Positions 49,163-60,289 of a DNA stretch of 64,000 bases are shown here, piece after piece. Location: positions 5,459-69,458 of the forward strand of contig CAYWTB010000017.1 of NCBI GenBank assembly GCA_964461135.1. The letters run 5' to 3'. Made by a program: the position numbers and the translations under genes. The notes below the pieces were generated by a model that was not told where the DNA came from, did no database searches, and worked only from the letters and a program-made list of their open reading frames with translations. The first letter of the stretch is position 1, and every line of letters starts with the position of its first letter. This DNA is from an uncultured Caldithrix sp. (lineage in GTDB: Bacteria; Calditrichota; Calditrichia; RBG-13-44-9).

Positions 49163-50311
49163 ATGCTTGATGACATTGGATTACACGACAAACTGGAGAT
49201 CAATAACCGCGCCTTTGATATCCATACCGGAATCCTTCCGCAAAATAAAAAAATCATCTCAGAAGTTTTTGAAAAGGGATTATTTCTGACATCGAAGGAA
49301 CGTCCCATTTACTTAAGAAATGAGAAGAAGAAAATCAATTACGAATTTTTAAATGATGTCACTAAATCATTCCACAATTCAGTTATTGATGAGTTTGAGG
49401 CATTATACCTGATTGAAGAGAAGTTGGACAAATTCAAACATACTATTTCTCATTTCCATCTGGGCAGTCTATTTCTTAAGCGGAATTTATTTCCGGAAGC
49501 TATCCGCCAATATAAAAAGGCTATAGACAATGATTCCAAAAATACCCGGGCGTATATGGGCCTGGGTATTTCGTATTTGAAATCAAAAGAATTTGAAAAA
49601 GCACTGGAAGTAATGAACAGAGCCCATGAAATTGAGGAAGGATATCCTGACCTTCTTAATTATACCGGCATGGCATGTCTCTTCAATGGTGAATATGAAC
49701 GGGCTACCAGTATGTTAAAACAGGCAATTGATCTGAATCCAAATTATTATGAATGTCAGTTTAATCTCGGGGTGGCCCTCTATAAATCAGCATTGGACGG
49801 CGTTAAAGACCCGAAAGCCGTGGCCGTTCCGGCACGGGTGATTATTTATTTGAAACAGGTCAGGGATCTGGAAAAATACCAGCATATACATTGGCAGAAA
49901 AATTTCAATCAACTCCTGGAATTGCTAAAAGACAATAATCATGAAATTATTATTCCTGAAATTGAGAATTTTCAACTCAGATTGATTGATTTTGCTGCCT
50001 CCAAAGATAAAGTATATGAATTTTTCCTGCGATTTCTCTTCGGCGGCAATGAACTTTCGCATGACCTTATTGAAAAATATGAACCATATTTTCAAATATC
50101 TGACGAGACAACCGGTCAATTTCCAGATTATTGGAATGATCTTGGGATTTTTCATTTAATCAAAAGTCGAAGCTTCTATCTTCGTTCAATTTCTGAATTT
50201 GAAAGAGCGTTGGCGCTGGCGCCTAGTTTTGGAGATGCGAAAAAGTACAGAGACATGATCAAGGGTAATGAGAAAGGGTTTTTGATTCTGTTAAGAGCCA
50301 TTTTGAAGTAA
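49163..50311 (+). CDS. TPR-repeat protein
   Basis: Several 34-aa TPR-like repeats (e.g. AIRQYKKAIDNDSKNTRAYMGLGISYLKSKEFEKALEV). Confidence 0.6.
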   Translation: MLDDIGLHDKLEINNRAFDIHTGILPQNKKIISEVFEKGLFLTSKERPIYLRNEKKKINYEFLNDVTKSFHNSVIDEFEALYLIEEKLDKFKHTISHFHLGSLFLKRNLFPEAIRQYKKAIDNDSKNTRAYMGLGISYLKSKEFEKALEVMNRAHEIEEGYPDLLNYTGMACLFNGEYERATSMLKQAIDLNPNYYECQFNLGVALYKSALDGVKDPKAVAVPARVIIYLKQVRDLEKYQHIHWQKNFNQLLELLKDNNHEIIIPEIENFQLRLIDFAASKDKVYEFFLRFLFGGNELSHDLIEKYEPYFQISDETTGQFPDYWNDLGIFHLIKSRSFYLRSISEFERALALAPSFGDAKKYRDMIKGNEKGFLILLRAILK

Positions 50312-50328
50312 AGTGTAATTTTATCCCG

Positions 50329-51654
50329 ATGATTCCCATCCTTATTGTTGACAACGAAGAAAAATTTTGTAAAGTGATTAAAGCTGCACTGGAGTTAGAA
50401 AGTCTGCCAGCGGCTTATGTTGTTTCCGGAGAACAGGCTTTGAAGTGGCTAAAAAACAATTCAACCGAATTGATTATTTCTGATCTGCGCATGGAGGGGA
50501 TGGATGGTCTGGAGCTTTTAAAAAAGGTGAAAATACATAATCCGGAAATAGAAATAATCATTATGACGGCTTTTGCTTCTCAGAAATCAGCTATTGATGC
50601 CTTAAAAGAAGGAGCAGCTGATTATCTGATAAAACCATTTGAGATGGATGAATTACTCCTGCGCATTCGAAGAATCCTGCAACAGAAAAAACTCCGGACA
50701 GAAAACCGGCAATTGCGGTCTCAGGTCGGTAAACCGATTCTTTATGATGGAATGATTGGCCGCAGTAAACCAATGATGGAAGTCTATCAGCTGATTCATA
50801 AAGCTGCCAGTACTGATTCCACTGTTTTGATAACCGGGGAGAGTGGAACTGGTAAGGAACTGGTAGCAGAAATTATCCATAATCAAAGTTCCCGAAAAAA
50901 TGAGCACTTTATAGCAATAAATTGTGCAGCAATACCCGAAAACCTGCTGGAGAGTGAGCTGTTTGGCCATGAAAAGGGTGCCTTTACTGGAGCGTCTCAA
51001 AGAAAAATTGGAAAATTTGAATTAGCTGAAACAGGAACTATTTTTCTGGATGAAATTGGCGATACCAGTCTGATAATCCAGGCGAAATTATTAAGAGTCC
51101 TTCAAAAGAAAGAGATATTTCGACTGGGGGGAAACGAGCGTATCAACGTCAATACACGGGTGATTGCTGCAACCAATCGCGAGATGGATAAGATGGTTAG
51201 AGAAAAAAAATTTCGTCAGGATTTATTTTACCGGCTGCATGTATTTCCTATTAAACTTCCGTCACTTCGGGAAAGAAAAGAAGATATTCCCGATCTCGTT
51301 AATCATTTTATAAAAAGATATGATATTATAGGAATTCACAAAGAGGCTCTAAAGGTTTTAATGGAATATGACTGGCCGGGCAATATCAGGGAATTACAAA
51401 ACGTTATTGAAAGAGCCGCAATTCTGGCCAATTCCCTTATAACCCGGGAAGATCTTCCGGTGTTTAAAACCGACCAAGATCATGAGTCTTTTGAATTTGA
51501 TATTCCTCTGAAAGGGTTTGAACTGGTTCAATTTGAAAGATATTTAATTAAACAAGCCATCCGGAAAGCCGGTGGGAATAAAACTCTGGCTGCTCAGATT
51601 CTTGGAATAACCCGCCGCAGACTTTATTCCATGATGAAAACTCTCCAAATTTAA
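50329..51654 (+). CDS. Sigma-54-dependent response regulator (NtrC/Fis family bEBP)
   Basis: Receiver domain with phospho-acceptor D in IISDLRMEGMDG. AAA+ domain with Walker A GESGTGKE, the GAFTGA motif and the ESELFGHEKGAFTGA sensor. C-terminal Fis-type HTH. Confidence 0.9.
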   Translation: MIPILIVDNEEKFCKVIKAALELESLPAAYVVSGEQALKWLKNNSTELIISDLRMEGMDGLELLKKVKIHNPEIEIIIMTAFASQKSAIDALKEGAADYLIKPFEMDELLLRIRRILQQKKLRTENRQLRSQVGKPILYDGMIGRSKPMMEVYQLIHKAASTDSTVLITGESGTGKELVAEIIHNQSSRKNEHFIAINCAAIPENLLESELFGHEKGAFTGASQRKIGKFELAETGTIFLDEIGDTSLIIQAKLLRVLQKKEIFRLGGNERINVNTRVIAATNREMDKMVREKKFRQDLFYRLHVFPIKLPSLRERKEDIPDLVNHFIKRYDIIGIHKEALKVLMEYDWPGNIRELQNVIERAAILANSLITREDLPVFKTDQDHESFEFDIPLKGFELVQFERYLIKQAIRKAGGNKTLAAQILGITRRRLYSMMKTLQI

Positions 51655-51790
51655 TCTCTATAATCCTGTCTAATTGGCATAATGTTTTGTCATATTTTAT
51701 GTCTACCTAAAAAAGTCATTTAAATTGTTTATTGATAAATAATGTATAAATTATTGTATTACAATAATATACATTTGATCTACCCTGGAA

Positions 51791-51806
51791 TGGCATGAAT
51801 AATGCA
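51791..51806 (+). promoter_or_regulatory. Sigma-54 (-24/-12) promoter upstream of clpB
   Basis: TGGCATGAATAATGCA versus consensus TGGCACG-N4-TTGCA. GG and GC are spaced exactly correctly, 14 of 16 positions match, and it lies about 45 nt upstream of the clpB ATG. Confidence 0.6.
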
Positions 51807-51850
51807 AAAGGTTGAATGTTATAGTAAAGATATAAAGGAGATACAGACAA

Positions 51851-54493
51851 ATGAACCTTGAAAAATATACAATAAAAGCACAACAGGCAATTGCCAATGC
51901 TCAACAGATGGTGATTGATGCTGGCCAGCAGCAAATTGCGCCTGAGCATGTCATGAAATCAATGCTTGAAGATTCCGAAACCATAATCCCGTCACTTCTT
52001 AAAAAACTTGATGTAAATATGGAAGAATTGCTCAGGAAGGTAAATGAGGCCATTGAAAAGTTTCCGAGAATTGAGGGTGGGACAGGGCAGATATATGCAA
52101 GTTCAAACTTTAACCAACTCTTGAATCAATCCATTGCCGAAGCTAAAAATTTAAGGGATGAATATGTATCCACTGAGCATTTATTGTTGTCTATTCTCTC
52201 CCTAAAAAATTCTCCGGCTTACCACATTCTGAACTCTCTGGGTGCTACCAGGGAAAAGATACTAATGGCGTTAAAAGACGTCCGAGGAAAACAGAGGGTG
52301 ACGGACCAGAATCCAGAAGGTAAGTATATGGCTTTGGAACGTTATGCCCGGGATTTAACTGACCTGGCGCGGCAGGGAAAACTGGATCCGGTTATTGGTC
52401 GTGATGAGGAGATTAGGAGGGTTCTTCAGATTTTATCCAGACGTACCAAGAATAATCCGGTTCTTATAGGAGATCCTGGTGTAGGAAAAACGGCCATTGT
52501 GGAAGGAATTGCACAGCGTATTGTACGCGGCGATATCCCGGAAAATTTGAAAGATAAAAAACTAGTGGCTCTGGATATGGGTGCTTTAATTGCCGGTGCA
52601 AAATTCCGGGGCGAATTTGAAGATCGTCTTAAAGCGGTATTGAAAGAAATTGAAGGATCAGATGGACAGGTTATCCTGTTTATCGATGAATTACATACCC
52701 TGGTGGGTGCCGGAGCGGCTGAAGGTAGCATAGATGCGTCTAATATGCTTAAACCGGCACTGGCAAGGGGAGAACTCCGCTGTATTGGTGCTACTACTGT
52801 TGACGAATATCGTAAATACATTGAAAAAGATGCAGCTCTGGAAAGGCGTTTTCAACCTATGCTGGTTAAACAGCCCAGTGTTGAAGATACTATTTCTATT
52901 CTGCGAGGCCTGAAAGAAAAATATGAAGTGCATCATGGTGTGCGTATTACGGACGCGGCTCTGATTGCAGCTGCAAAATTATCACACCGATATATAACCG
53001 ATCGCTTTCTTCCCGATAAAGCAATTGATCTGATCGATGAAGCTGCATCCCGTCTCAGAATAGAAATAAACTCCATGCCGGAAGAACTGGATGAAATCGA
53101 GAGACGGATCAGACAACTGGAAATAGAAATAGTTGCTTTGAAAAAAGAAAAAGGTGAAATAGCCATAGAGAAAACCCGGAAGATAAAAGAAGAACTGGCC
53201 AATCTGCAAGAAGAGCGTGATAAGTTGCAAGCCCACTGGAAAATGGAGAAAGATATAATTCAGCAAATCCGCGAAACGAAAGCCGAAATAGATAAAACTC
53301 GTAATGAAATGGAGAAAGCGGAACGGGAAAGTAATCTTAATAAAGTGGCGGAGATCAAATACGGTCTTCTTCCACAGTTAGATAATAAGGTGGGTGAATT
53401 CAATGCTGAATTGCAGAAAATTCAATCGGATCGAAAAATGCTTAAAGAGGAAGTTGATGAAGAAGATGTGGCTGAAATCGTGAGCCGTTGGACCGGGATA
53501 CCAGTCTCCAGGATGTTGGAAAGTGAAAAGGAAAAACTATTACGTATTGAGGGCAAGCTTTCTGAACGCGTGGTGGGACAGGAGGAAGCTATATCGGCGG
53601 TGGCAAATGCCATCAGACGCTCCCGAGCCGGTTTGGCTGATAAAAACAGACCCATTGGATCTTTTATTTTTCTGGGACCCACGGGGGTTGGAAAGACGGA
53701 ACTTGCCCGCGCTCTGGCAGAATTTTTGTTTGATGATGAAGATGCCATGGTTCGAATTGATATGTCTGAATATATGGAAAGACACTCGGTGTCCAGATTG
53801 ATTGGTGCTCCTCCCGGATATGTGGGTTATGAAGAGGGTGGCCAGCTTTCCGAAGCAGTGAGAAGAAAGCCCTATTCGGTCATTTTGCTTGATGAAATTG
53901 AAAAAGCTCATCCGGAAGTATTTAACATTCTTCTCCAGATTCTGGATGACGGACGCTTGACCGATAATAAAGGACATATTGTGAATTTTAAGAATACAAT
54001 AATCATTATGACCTCAAATGTCGCAGCTCATCTTATTCTTGAGAAATCACAATCAATGAATGGAAGGAACGTTGACGACCTATATTCTGAAATCAGAAAA
54101 GATGTCCTGGGAATTTTACGGCAACAATTGAAACCGGAATTTTTAAACCGTATTGATGAAATTATTGTCTTTCATAGTTTAAATAAGCAAAATATTAAAA
54201 TAATTGTGGATCTGCAGGTAAAACGGATTCAAAAACAGATAGCAGAACAAGGACTTTCCATCGAATTAACCGAGAATGCTAAAAATTTTCTGGCCGAGAC
54301 AGGTTATGATGCGGCTTTTGGAGCAAGGCCTTTAAAAAGAGTCATTCAAAGAGAAGTTCTGGACAAACTGGCATTACAGATACTGGAAGGTAAATTTCAA
54401 AGAAACGAGCTTATTAAAGTTGATTATGATGGAAAAACGATTGTATTTCAGGGTGAGAAAGTATTGGCAAGGACACCTGTACAAGAGTTATAA
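51851..54493 (+). CDS. clpB: Chaperone ClpB
   Basis: 880 aa. Two AAA+ modules (GDPGVGKT; GPTGVGKT), a coiled-coil middle domain and an AGG RBS. Confidence 0.94.
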   Translation: MNLEKYTIKAQQAIANAQQMVIDAGQQQIAPEHVMKSMLEDSETIIPSLLKKLDVNMEELLRKVNEAIEKFPRIEGGTGQIYASSNFNQLLNQSIAEAKNLRDEYVSTEHLLLSILSLKNSPAYHILNSLGATREKILMALKDVRGKQRVTDQNPEGKYMALERYARDLTDLARQGKLDPVIGRDEEIRRVLQILSRRTKNNPVLIGDPGVGKTAIVEGIAQRIVRGDIPENLKDKKLVALDMGALIAGAKFRGEFEDRLKAVLKEIEGSDGQVILFIDELHTLVGAGAAEGSIDASNMLKPALARGELRCIGATTVDEYRKYIEKDAALERRFQPMLVKQPSVEDTISILRGLKEKYEVHHGVRITDAALIAAAKLSHRYITDRFLPDKAIDLIDEAASRLRIEINSMPEELDEIERRIRQLEIEIVALKKEKGEIAIEKTRKIKEELANLQEERDKLQAHWKMEKDIIQQIRETKAEIDKTRNEMEKAERESNLNKVAEIKYGLLPQLDNKVGEFNAELQKIQSDRKMLKEEVDEEDVAEIVSRWTGIPVSRMLESEKEKLLRIEGKLSERVVGQEEAISAVANAIRRSRAGLADKNRPIGSFIFLGPTGVGKTELARALAEFLFDDEDAMVRIDMSEYMERHSVSRLIGAPPGYVGYEEGGQLSEAVRRKPYSVILLDEIEKAHPEVFNILLQILDDGRLTDNKGHIVNFKNTIIIMTSNVAAHLILEKSQSMNGRNVDDLYSEIRKDVLGILRQQLKPEFLNRIDEIIVFHSLNKQNIKIIVDLQVKRIQKQIAEQGLSIELTENAKNFLAETGYDAAFGARPLKRVIQREVLDKLALQILEGKFQRNELIKVDYDGKTIVFQGEKVLARTPVQEL

Positions 54494-54569
54494 AAGAGGG
54501 AAAAACAATTCTCTGAAACCTTCGTTTTGATTTGTAGTATTTAAAAAATATTTATTTTAAGGAGCTTTA

Positions 54570-56088
54570 ATGCCAAAAAACACATTATGGAAATATGGAT
54601 TAATTCTGATTTTGCTGGGAATTATTATCGGGCTGGTGATTTCCGCTAATTTTAATTTTGCACTGAACAGTAAAGCCTTACACTCAGTTCAGGAAGAAAA
54701 TGCGGCCGAATCACAGGTGTCAAACCCGAATAGTTCCGCTATATTAACAATTCAGGATCTCAGTAACGCGTTTGCAGATGTAGCAGAACAGGTAAATCAG
54801 TCTGTAGTTACAATATTTACAGAGACCATCGTTAAACAAAAGAGATCCCCCTTTTTTCAGTTCCCTTTTGAGCAATTCTTTGGTGAGGATTTCCAGCATT
54901 TTTTCCAAATCCCTCCAAATCGTGAACGGAAACAAAAGACCTATGGACTGGGCTCTGAAGTTATCGTTACGGAAGAGGGGATTATAATTACCAACAATCA
55001 TGTTATTGATGGAGCAGACAATATTAAAGTCCGTCTAATGGATAATAAAGAATATACTGCAGAGGTAAAAGGAGTTGGTCCCCGTTCGGATTTGGCCATC
55101 CTGGAAATTAAAGTGAAAGACCTTCCCTCTGTGAGATTCGGATAAAACGCGGGTTAGAGAATGGGTATTGGCTGTCGGATCTACACTTTCCCCTGAGCTT
55201 GCTCATACTATTACCTCGGGCATAATAAGTGCGAAGGAAAAAAGTGGATTGTTTGACACTGGTCAATATGAGGATTTTATTCAAACTGATGCGGCCATCA
55301 ATCCGGGAAATTCGGGAGGTGCACTGGTAAATCTCAGAGGTGAACTGATTGGAATAAATACAGCCATCACCAGCCAAAACGGTGGGTTTATTGGAATTGG
55401 CTTCGCTATTCCTTCCAATCTGGCACTCAAAGTTATGAATGATATTCTTGAAAAGGGCAAAATTGTCCGTGGCTGGCATGGTGTTTATATCCAGGATGTG
55501 AATCAAGAACTTGCTACTGCACTGGATTTGAAAAATAATTCGGGAGTATTAGTTTCCGGGATCCAGGAAAACCGTCCTACTGCAAAGGCTGGATTAAAAA
55601 CGGAAGATGTTATTATTAAGTTTAATGACCGGACAGTAAAAAATTCTACTGAACTACGAAATCTGGTTGGTGCTTCAGATCCGGGAGAAAAAGTGAAATT
55701 GACAATAATTCGCAATGAAAAAGAAAAAGACGTAGACATAACATTAGGAGAATTACAGGAAGATACCTCTCTTGCGACACAAAACAGTCCCGAGGTAATT
55801 AAAAATATTGGAATTGAAATAGCCAATATTACCAGGGAATTGAGAGAAAAATTCAATTTAAATATTGATAATGGAGTAGTTATTACGGAAGTTTCCCCCG
55901 GGAGTGTTGCTGCCCGGTCAGGTTTAAGATCTGGTGATATCATACTCGAAATTAACAGAAAGAATGTTAAAGATATTTCGTCTTATAACAATATAATAAA
56001 AAATGTCAAAGCAGGTGGTTCCCTCCTTTTTTATGTGCATAGGAGAGAAGCCAAGATATTCATTGCATTTTCCTTACCAGATAATTAA
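54570..56088 (+). pseudogene. htrA: HtrA/DegP-family serine protease interrupted by a 1-nt frameshift
   Basis: ORF 54570..55145 carries catalytic His (TNNHVIDGA) and Asp (DLAILEI) and ends …LPSVRFG*. The +1 frame from 55135 reads DSDKTRVREWVLAVGS…TSGIIS…GNSGGAL (catalytic Ser) followed by two PDZ domains, through 56088. The junction is within 55130-55145. Confidence 0.7.
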
Positions 56089-56292
56089 TAGAAAGTAAGA
56101 AGACTTTTAGGAAAGAGCCCCTTTTCTTATAATCTCAAAATCCTCTTATACCCTAATATCAGCTGTCCTGCAATTACCCGAAATCCGGATTATTGTATAA
56201 ATTAATTTATGTATCTGTCTTTTTTATGTATATTAAGTTTTTGAATAACGGGAAACAATTTATCCAGAGCGGATAATCAATATGGAGAAGGT

Positions 56293-57387
56293 ATGGGTAA
56301 GCGCAGGATAGGTATATTGACAGGAGGAGGAGATTGCCCGGGATTAAACGCCGTCATAAGAGGAGTGACTAAAACAGCTATCACCAAATACGGGATGGAA
56401 GTCATTGGATTTTATGATGGCTTCCAGGGATTAATAGAGAACCGGTTCGCTATATTAAATTATGAGAGTGTATCCGGCATTTTAACTCAGGGTGGCACCA
56501 TACTTGGGACGAGTAATAAAGCCAATCCATTTGAACATATTGTTATGGAGAACGGGAAGCATATTAGCAAAGATGTCTCAGATGATACAATGGAATTATA
56601 TAAAGACCTGGCTCTTGATGCTCTTATCACCGTAGGGGGAGATGGTACTATGACAATTGCCGGAATGCTGGCTGATAAAGGGGCAAATGTGGTTGGTGTT
56701 CCCAAAACCATAGATAAGGATCTGATGGAAACCGATACCACTTTTGGGTTTGATACCGCACGTAACATCTGTACGGAAGCGATAGACCGGTTGCATAGCA
56801 CCGCCCAATCTCATCATCGTGTGATGATTGTGGAAGTAATGGGACGGAATGCAGGTTGGCTGGCGCTGGAATCAGGGATAGCCGGGGGTGGTGACATTAT
56901 ACTTTTGCCTGAAATTCCATATGACATGGAAGAAATTATACGGGTGGTCAGGCAGCGCAGCCGTTTCGGAAAACGATTCAGTATTGTTGTGGTTTCAGAA
57001 GGTTGCAGGCCGGAGGGAGGAGAACAGGTTGTCCGAAAAGTGATACATGACAGCCCGGAAAAAATCCGTTTAGGAGGCGTCGCACACGGGATTGCCAATG
57101 AAATAGAGGAAGCCACCCAGATTGAGTGCAGAGTAGCCATTCTGGGTCATCTGCAGCGAGGAGGAACACCATCACCCTTGGATCGCATTCTTGCCACACA
57201 GTTTGCAGTTAAAGCTATGCATCTGGTTATTAGCAATCAATTTAACCAGATGGTTTCCATCAGAGGAAATGAAATTACCTCCGTTCCCATTGAAAAGGTA
57301 ATGGGACGGCAAAAACTGGTTCCCTTGGATTCGGGTTTAATTGAAGCAGGGCTTTCGGTAGGCACCAGTTTCGGGAAAAAACTTTAA
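56293..57387 (+). CDS. pfkA: 6-phosphofructokinase
   Basis: GILTGGGDCPGLNAVIRG and TVGGDGT motifs. 364 aa. Confidence 0.88.
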   Translation: MGKRRIGILTGGGDCPGLNAVIRGVTKTAITKYGMEVIGFYDGFQGLIENRFAILNYESVSGILTQGGTILGTSNKANPFEHIVMENGKHISKDVSDDTMELYKDLALDALITVGGDGTMTIAGMLADKGANVVGVPKTIDKDLMETDTTFGFDTARNICTEAIDRLHSTAQSHHRVMIVEVMGRNAGWLALESGIAGGGDIILLPEIPYDMEEIIRVVRQRSRFGKRFSIVVVSEGCRPEGGEQVVRKVIHDSPEKIRLGGVAHGIANEIEEATQIECRVAILGHLQRGGTPSPLDRILATQFAVKAMHLVISNQFNQMVSIRGNEITSVPIEKVMGRQKLVPLDSGLIEAGLSVGTSFGKKL

Positions 57388-57404
57388 TCGAAAATGGCCA
57401 GAAC

Positions 57405-59192
57405 TTATCCTATTGCATCATTTTTTGAAATTCTTTTTACAATAAGGAGGGTAATGTCATCGTACTGAGGTGTTCCTTCTGCGAAACGGGATATTGAATC
57501 TACTATGTTTTCCGCCAGCTCACGAGATCCTGTGTTATGGTTGCTCTTAATGAGGGTTTTTAATCGCTCCTCTCCAAACTCTTCTTCCCTGCTGTTGAGG
57601 GCTTCATTTACCCCGTCTGTATAGCACACCAATATTTCAGAGGCCTGTAATTTTATATGTCCCGTATTATAAGTATAATCGGGAAGCATACCCAGGATAA
57701 TTCCTCCCTCTTCCAGCAAAGAAACCGATCCATCGTTATGCAGGAGAATTGGTGGATTATGTCCGGCATTGACATAGGAAAATTCATTATTCTGATTGTC
57801 AAGGATACCCACAAAAAAGGTGATGTACTTATCCAGGTCAGTGTTCTGGTATATTAATTGATTCAGGCGCGATACCACCTGGTCAAGTCTCAGATTTTCT
57901 GAAAGAATAGTGTGCAGGCCGGCCTGGAGATTTGCCATGATAAGAGCCGCCGGAACACTCTTGCCTGATACATCTCCGATGGCCAGGGCACATTTATACT
58001 CAGATATGGGGATGATGTCAAAATAATCCCCCCCCACTTCTTTACTTGATTTATTTAATCCCCAGATATCATAACCTTTAATGGTAATGATTTCTCTGGG
58101 AAGTAATTTTTTCTGAATGGTTTTTGCCACCTGCAGTTCCTGTTCTATGCGTTGCTTCTCAAGGGTTTCACGGAACAAGCGAGCATTTTCCATTGAAATA
58201 ACAGCCTGACTGACAATAGTACTTAAAAATTCCAGATCAATATTGACATATTCTTGCTTATTAATCTTATCACCCAGGAGGATATATCCCAGAAATTTGT
58301 TCTGATGTCGCATGGGAATAAAAACCCTGGCATTCATCATATTTAATTTTTCTTTGAGAGGAACTCTTTTCAAAGTGTCTACCAGAGAAGCTGAAGTCAG
58401 CTCCTTTAGTTCCGGTTCTTCTAAGGTCAGATCCTTGATACTTTCCTGAAGAAATCCCTTGCAGTCAATCTTCTGAATGCCATCCTGATTGCAGACAACA
58501 ATGGCATAGTGATATACCAGCATCTGCCCCATCAGGGCATAAATTAAAAGTTTTATTATCTTTTCACTATCCAGGGTGGCAGAAAGACCCTGAGCAATGT
58601 CAAACAAAGTCTTCAATTGTTGAATTCTCTGATCGAGTTGTTTGTTTATATTCTGTATTTCATCGACTTTAAGAGCATTTTCTATTGACCCGGCAGAAAG
58701 ATTCGCTAAGGAAGTTAAAAAATCCTTTTCTTCTTCTGTAAAAGGTTGTTGATTTAACTTTTGTCCATAAAAGAGCACTCCGATGAGCTTTTCCTGGGAA
58801 TAGATGGGAATCATTGAGGCCAGTTGATAAGTGTCAGTCAGATGAAGCAATTTTTCATATTGATGTTCATGAATATCTGATCTGAGAAGATATGTTTTAT
58901 TTTTTGGAATATCACTTTCCTTAAAAGTAACTGTTTCAATTTCTCCTGATAGTCCTTTCCATAATTTTGGCACAAAGTGATGATCAGATTTGAGAAAAAA
59001 AACTCCTCTGGAGACCATAAGTCGTCCCATGGGGATGAGAAGAATATTATTTAGAACATTTTTTAAATCAAGAGATGAGTTAAGTATCTGGCTAATTTCA
59101 AATAATGATGAAAGTTCAATTAATCTCTGGTTTATCGTTTGGACATTCTCGGTATGATATTTATCGGAAAGGTAATCGTAAAATCCTGGCAT
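57405..59192 (-). CDS. GAF-GAF-PP2C (SpoIIE/RsbU-family) protein serine phosphatase
   Basis: C-terminal PP2C motifs EVGGDYFDII and the GD/AGH region. Two N-terminal GAF-like domains. Confidence 0.8.
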   Translation of the reverse strand: MPGFYDYLSDKYHTENVQTINQRLIELSSLFEISQILNSSLDLKNVLNNILLIPMGRLMVSRGVFFLKSDHHFVPKLWKGLSGEIETVTFKESDIPKNKTYLLRSDIHEHQYEKLLHLTDTYQLASMIPIYSQEKLIGVLFYGQKLNQQPFTEEEKDFLTSLANLSAGSIENALKVDEIQNINKQLDQRIQQLKTLFDIAQGLSATLDSEKIIKLLIYALMGQMLVYHYAIVVCNQDGIQKIDCKGFLQESIKDLTLEEPELKELTSASLVDTLKRVPLKEKLNMMNARVFIPMRHQNKFLGYILLGDKINKQEYVNIDLEFLSTIVSQAVISMENARLFRETLEKQRIEQELQVAKTIQKKLLPREIITIKGYDIWGLNKSSKEVGGDYFDIIPISEYKCALAIGDVSGKSVPAALIMANLQAGLHTILSENLRLDQVVSRLNQLIYQNTDLDKYITFFVGILDNQNNEFSYVNAGHNPPILLHNDGSVSLLEEGGIILGMLPDYTYNTGHIKLQASEILVCYTDGVNEALNSREEEFGEERLKTLIKSNHNTGSRELAENIVDSISRFAEGTPQYDDITLLIVKRISKNDAIG

Positions 59193-59263
59193 GAAAAATC
59201 CTTCGGGAAAGTAAATAAGTATGAAATGGGGAAAAATTCTAATATTTTAAAACAGAAGAATTA

Positions 59264-59716
59264 TTAACAGTCCTCGCTAATGTTACTTTTGTATTTGGTC
59301 ATTCGAACTCTGTTGCGAACACCGGGTTTTATATTATACTCAACTTTATCCATTAATGTCTTAATGAGGTAGAGTCCCAAACCGCCTCTCTTCATCTTTT
59401 TGAGATAGACATCCATTTCTGGTGCTTTAATATGTTCCGGATCAAATCCTTTCCCACTATCGATAACATCTATTTCGAGGCGGTCACTATAGGTTGTCAC
59501 CTGCACCAAAATAAATTTCTCATTATCGCTGGATCCCTTGTAGGCATGTTCAATTACATTGGTACTGGCTTCATCCACTGCCAGCTCAATACGATGGATA
59601 TTTTCATCAGAAAAACCCATATTCTGAGCAATTCCGGCCACAAAATCTCTGATGATCTCGAGATTTGCGGTATCGATGGGAATTCGTAATTGAAATTTCT
59701 TGGTTTTTATTGGCAT
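59264..59716 (-). CDS. Anti-sigma-factor-type serine kinase (RsbW/SpoIIAB-like, HATPase_c)
   Basis: N-box ELAVDEASTNVIEHAY and G-box DSGKGFD. 150 aa. Confidence 0.8.
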   Translation of the reverse strand: MPIKTKKFQLRIPIDTANLEIIRDFVAGIAQNMGFSDENIHRIELAVDEASTNVIEHAYKGSSDNEKFILVQVTTYSDRLEIDVIDSGKGFDPEHIKAPEMDVYLKKMKRGGLGLYLIKTLMDKVEYNIKPGVRNRVRMTKYKSNISEDC

Positions 59717-59744
59717 AATTAAGTCTGCGTTTAGTGCACTTCTC

Positions 59745-60101
59745 CTATTTGGTGGTTTTCTGAAATTTTTTTAAAGCAGCATCTTCCGAATCATAGAATT
59801 CATATAAACTGGGGAAACCCAGCAGATCAAAGACTTTAAACACTTTAGGTGCCGCACAACATATTTTCAGATCTCCACCATTATTTCTGATTTCTTCTAT
59901 GACTCCCATAAATACACCCAGTCCGGCAGAACTTATATATTGTAATCCATCCAGATTCACAATGATATTATAATTTTTCTCTTCAATTATCTTCTCTAAC
60001 TCACCTTCAAATTGGGGCGCTGTATGAGCATCCAAAAAGCCCTGGATATTCAAAACTTTCACTTTATTCTGATCTCTTCGAAAGACTTCGAATTTCTCCA
60101 T
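59745..60101 (-). CDS. STAS-domain anti-sigma-factor antagonist (RsbV/SpoIIAA-like)
   Basis: 118 aa. Phosphorylatable Ser context LDGLQYISSAGLGVF. Confidence 0.85.
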   Translation of the reverse strand: MEKFEVFRRDQNKVKVLNIQGFLDAHTAPQFEGELEKIIEEKNYNIIVNLDGLQYISSAGLGVFMGVIEEIRNNGGDLKICCAAPKVFKVFDLLGFPSLYEFYDSEDAALKKFQKTTK

Positions 60102-60289
60102 TCAAATCTCCTCACTAATCAATTTTAAATACGAAAATTCCTGCCCAAAAGTTTTCTACTTTAAATTGTACAGTGCTTTAAACACAGTAATTGAAGATAT
60201 TTACGTTTTCCTAATTTAATGCAATGTGTGCCCATAAGCTATTAATTTCCTGATTCTAAATCCAAATATTCCTTTTTAGCTCTGTTTCT

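Noticed and set aside
46810-51654. Tandem PspC protein and downstream sigma-54 activator forming a phage-shock (PspF-PspABC) system
   Set aside because: No pspA or pspB homologue is present. The activator has a receiver domain, unlike PspF. The genes are separated by about 3 kb of unrelated genes.
52426-53977. Several 80-145-aa minus-strand ORFs inside clpB
   Set aside because: They are antisense frames of a highly conserved gene. Their low-complexity Ser/Ala-rich translations are typical of shadow ORFs.
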